Position numbers and translations under genes: made by a program. From Tubulanus polymorphus (taxonomy: Eukaryota > Animalia > Nemertea), in the NCBI RefSeq assembly GCF_964204645.1, contig NC_134026.1, positions 15,596,150 through 15,660,149 of the forward strand: a stretch of 64,000 nt of DNA, written 5' to 3'. Below the pieces are notes generated by a model. That model was not told the origin of the DNA and ran no database searches. It was given only the letters and a program-made list of their open reading frames with translations. Shown here piece by piece: positions 62,718 through 64,000 of this stretch (position 1 is the stretch's first letter; every line of letters starts with the position of its first letter).

Positions 62718-64000
62718 CTACACTTGTGCTTGCGTTGGTTTCTGTACATAGGGGCGTCGACGCTTACGACCATCTGCCCTCCTTGTTATGTGAAATGATC
62801 GAATTAGGTGGGCAGGAATTGAAACACCATTAACTTCATGTCTACCGGGTATACCTGCGTATCGTATTTTCCAAATCTTTTTGCCACCGACAAATTTGTA
62901 TGATATTAAGGCATCGATCTGTCCTGGAAATTTAAGAGGCAAGTCGGCTTTGTCAACATGCCCATTATGATTATCATTGATAGGTTTCGTTGTAACAACC
63001 TGCTTGCCACCCATTGATATATCAGTATTAGTAATTGGGGTGCCATCAACTACCTTGTCTAGCTGCGTAATGTGACTCGTTGGTGCTTAAGTAGGCGTTA
63101 TCCGAGTATCGTCATCTATCAAATGATCAGGGCGATCTTCAGGATCTTTAAATATTTCAATAACTTGGCGTTCACTGCACCTTTTCTAACCTTATTAGTA
63201 TCCTCTTTAGTCATATGATACGTGAAATTATCATTCACCTTATGAATATAATACGGACCGTCCGTTTGTTTGTACAGTTTATGCGACAAACCCCTGGGGG
63301 TCTTTTTCACCTTTAAGCATACACGATCGTTTAATTTAAAGGTAGGGATGTTTGACTTCTTATCATATCTAGTCTTATCTTTAACCTGAGTGTCATGAAT
63401 GTTTTCCTTGGCTAATTGCTCAACGGTTTTTATTTTGCTGATTATATCCTGCACAATTTGCTAGTGCGGTTTGGTCAGTGCATCAGTTGGAACTAGGGAG
63501 GTATCAATCGGAAGTGACATATGTCTTCCTGTCATTATTTCAAATGGCGAGAACCCAGTAGTAGGAGATATGCTCCTACGATGAACCATCATTACACTGG
63601 GTAATAACTCGTGCCAGTTTGACTGACTTTTATCGATATACGACCGTAGTATCTGTTCAATTATCGCATTATTCCTTTCACAAGCCGCGTTAGATTGAGG
63701 ATGATTAGAGCTTGTTTCCGTCTTGGTTATTTGGAATAAATCGGAGACAGCCCTTATAAGCTTTGAAATGAAGTTAGGCCCACGATCGGTAACGATGTTT
63801 CTCGGAGCACCCCATCTCGTAATGATCTGTGAGTACAGGACCTTGGCAATCTCTGGAGCCTCCTGTGATTGTAATGGAAAAGCTTCAGTCCACCTAGACA
63901 TACTTTCCACGACTAAAAGAATGTATTTGTGGCCATCTGTAGTTTGTGGTAATGGACCAATGATATCCATGTGCCATCTATGTAGTTTGTCTGCGATAGG
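62718..64000 (-). pseudogene. pol: Gypsy integrase with GPY motif and degenerate chromodomain-like C-terminus
   Basis: HMDIIGPLP, VTDRGPNF, HPQSNAACER, TTGFSPFEIMTGR, DGPYYI; tail KFVGGKKIWKIRYAG..IPAHLIRSFH. Stop at 63461 and later frameshifts. Confidence 0.88.

Larger units (their letters stand above)
61306..64000 (-). mobile_element. env-bearing Gypsy/Ty3 (errantivirus-like) element: integrase to env, 3' truncated, continues beyond the window
   Basis: rve integrase, GPY motif, chromo-like tail, then env. Confidence 0.88.

Noticed and set aside
1-64000. Uni-strand (flamenco-like) orientation bias
   Set aside because: Coding elements are split between the strands (Pao1, MULE, Pao3, Gypsy minus; Pao2, CR1, piggyBac, Maverick plus).

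Overview
AT-rich eukaryotic (probably invertebrate animal) DNA made almost entirely of nested transposable elements; no host gene, tRNA/rRNA gene or CRISPR array is supported. Left to right: (1) Maverick/Polinton-like fragments split by a minus-strand Bel/Pao LTR retrotransposon (2665-8013). (2) A LINE endonuclease relic. (3) A ~20-kb nest: a large TIR element containing a MULE, which contains a plus-strand Bel/Pao carrying an inverted Penelope-like insertion with two hammerhead-ribozyme motifs, a long-TIR foldback element and a solo LTR, followed by a CR1/Crack-type LINE. (4) A Helentron/HINE-like tandem array interrupted by an intron-containing piggyBac, itself split by a 7-kb non-coding TIR element. 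(5) A decayed Maverick/Polinton-like endogenous virus (pPolB interrupted by a third Bel/Pao, penton-like gene, small membrane proteins) whose genes share a T-run + ATAAATG start motif resembling poxvirus late initiators. (6) The 3' half of an env-bearing Gypsy element with an F-type fusion protein behind a splice acceptor. Family assignments come from motif recognition only; no database search or alignment was run, so some boundaries are approximate.
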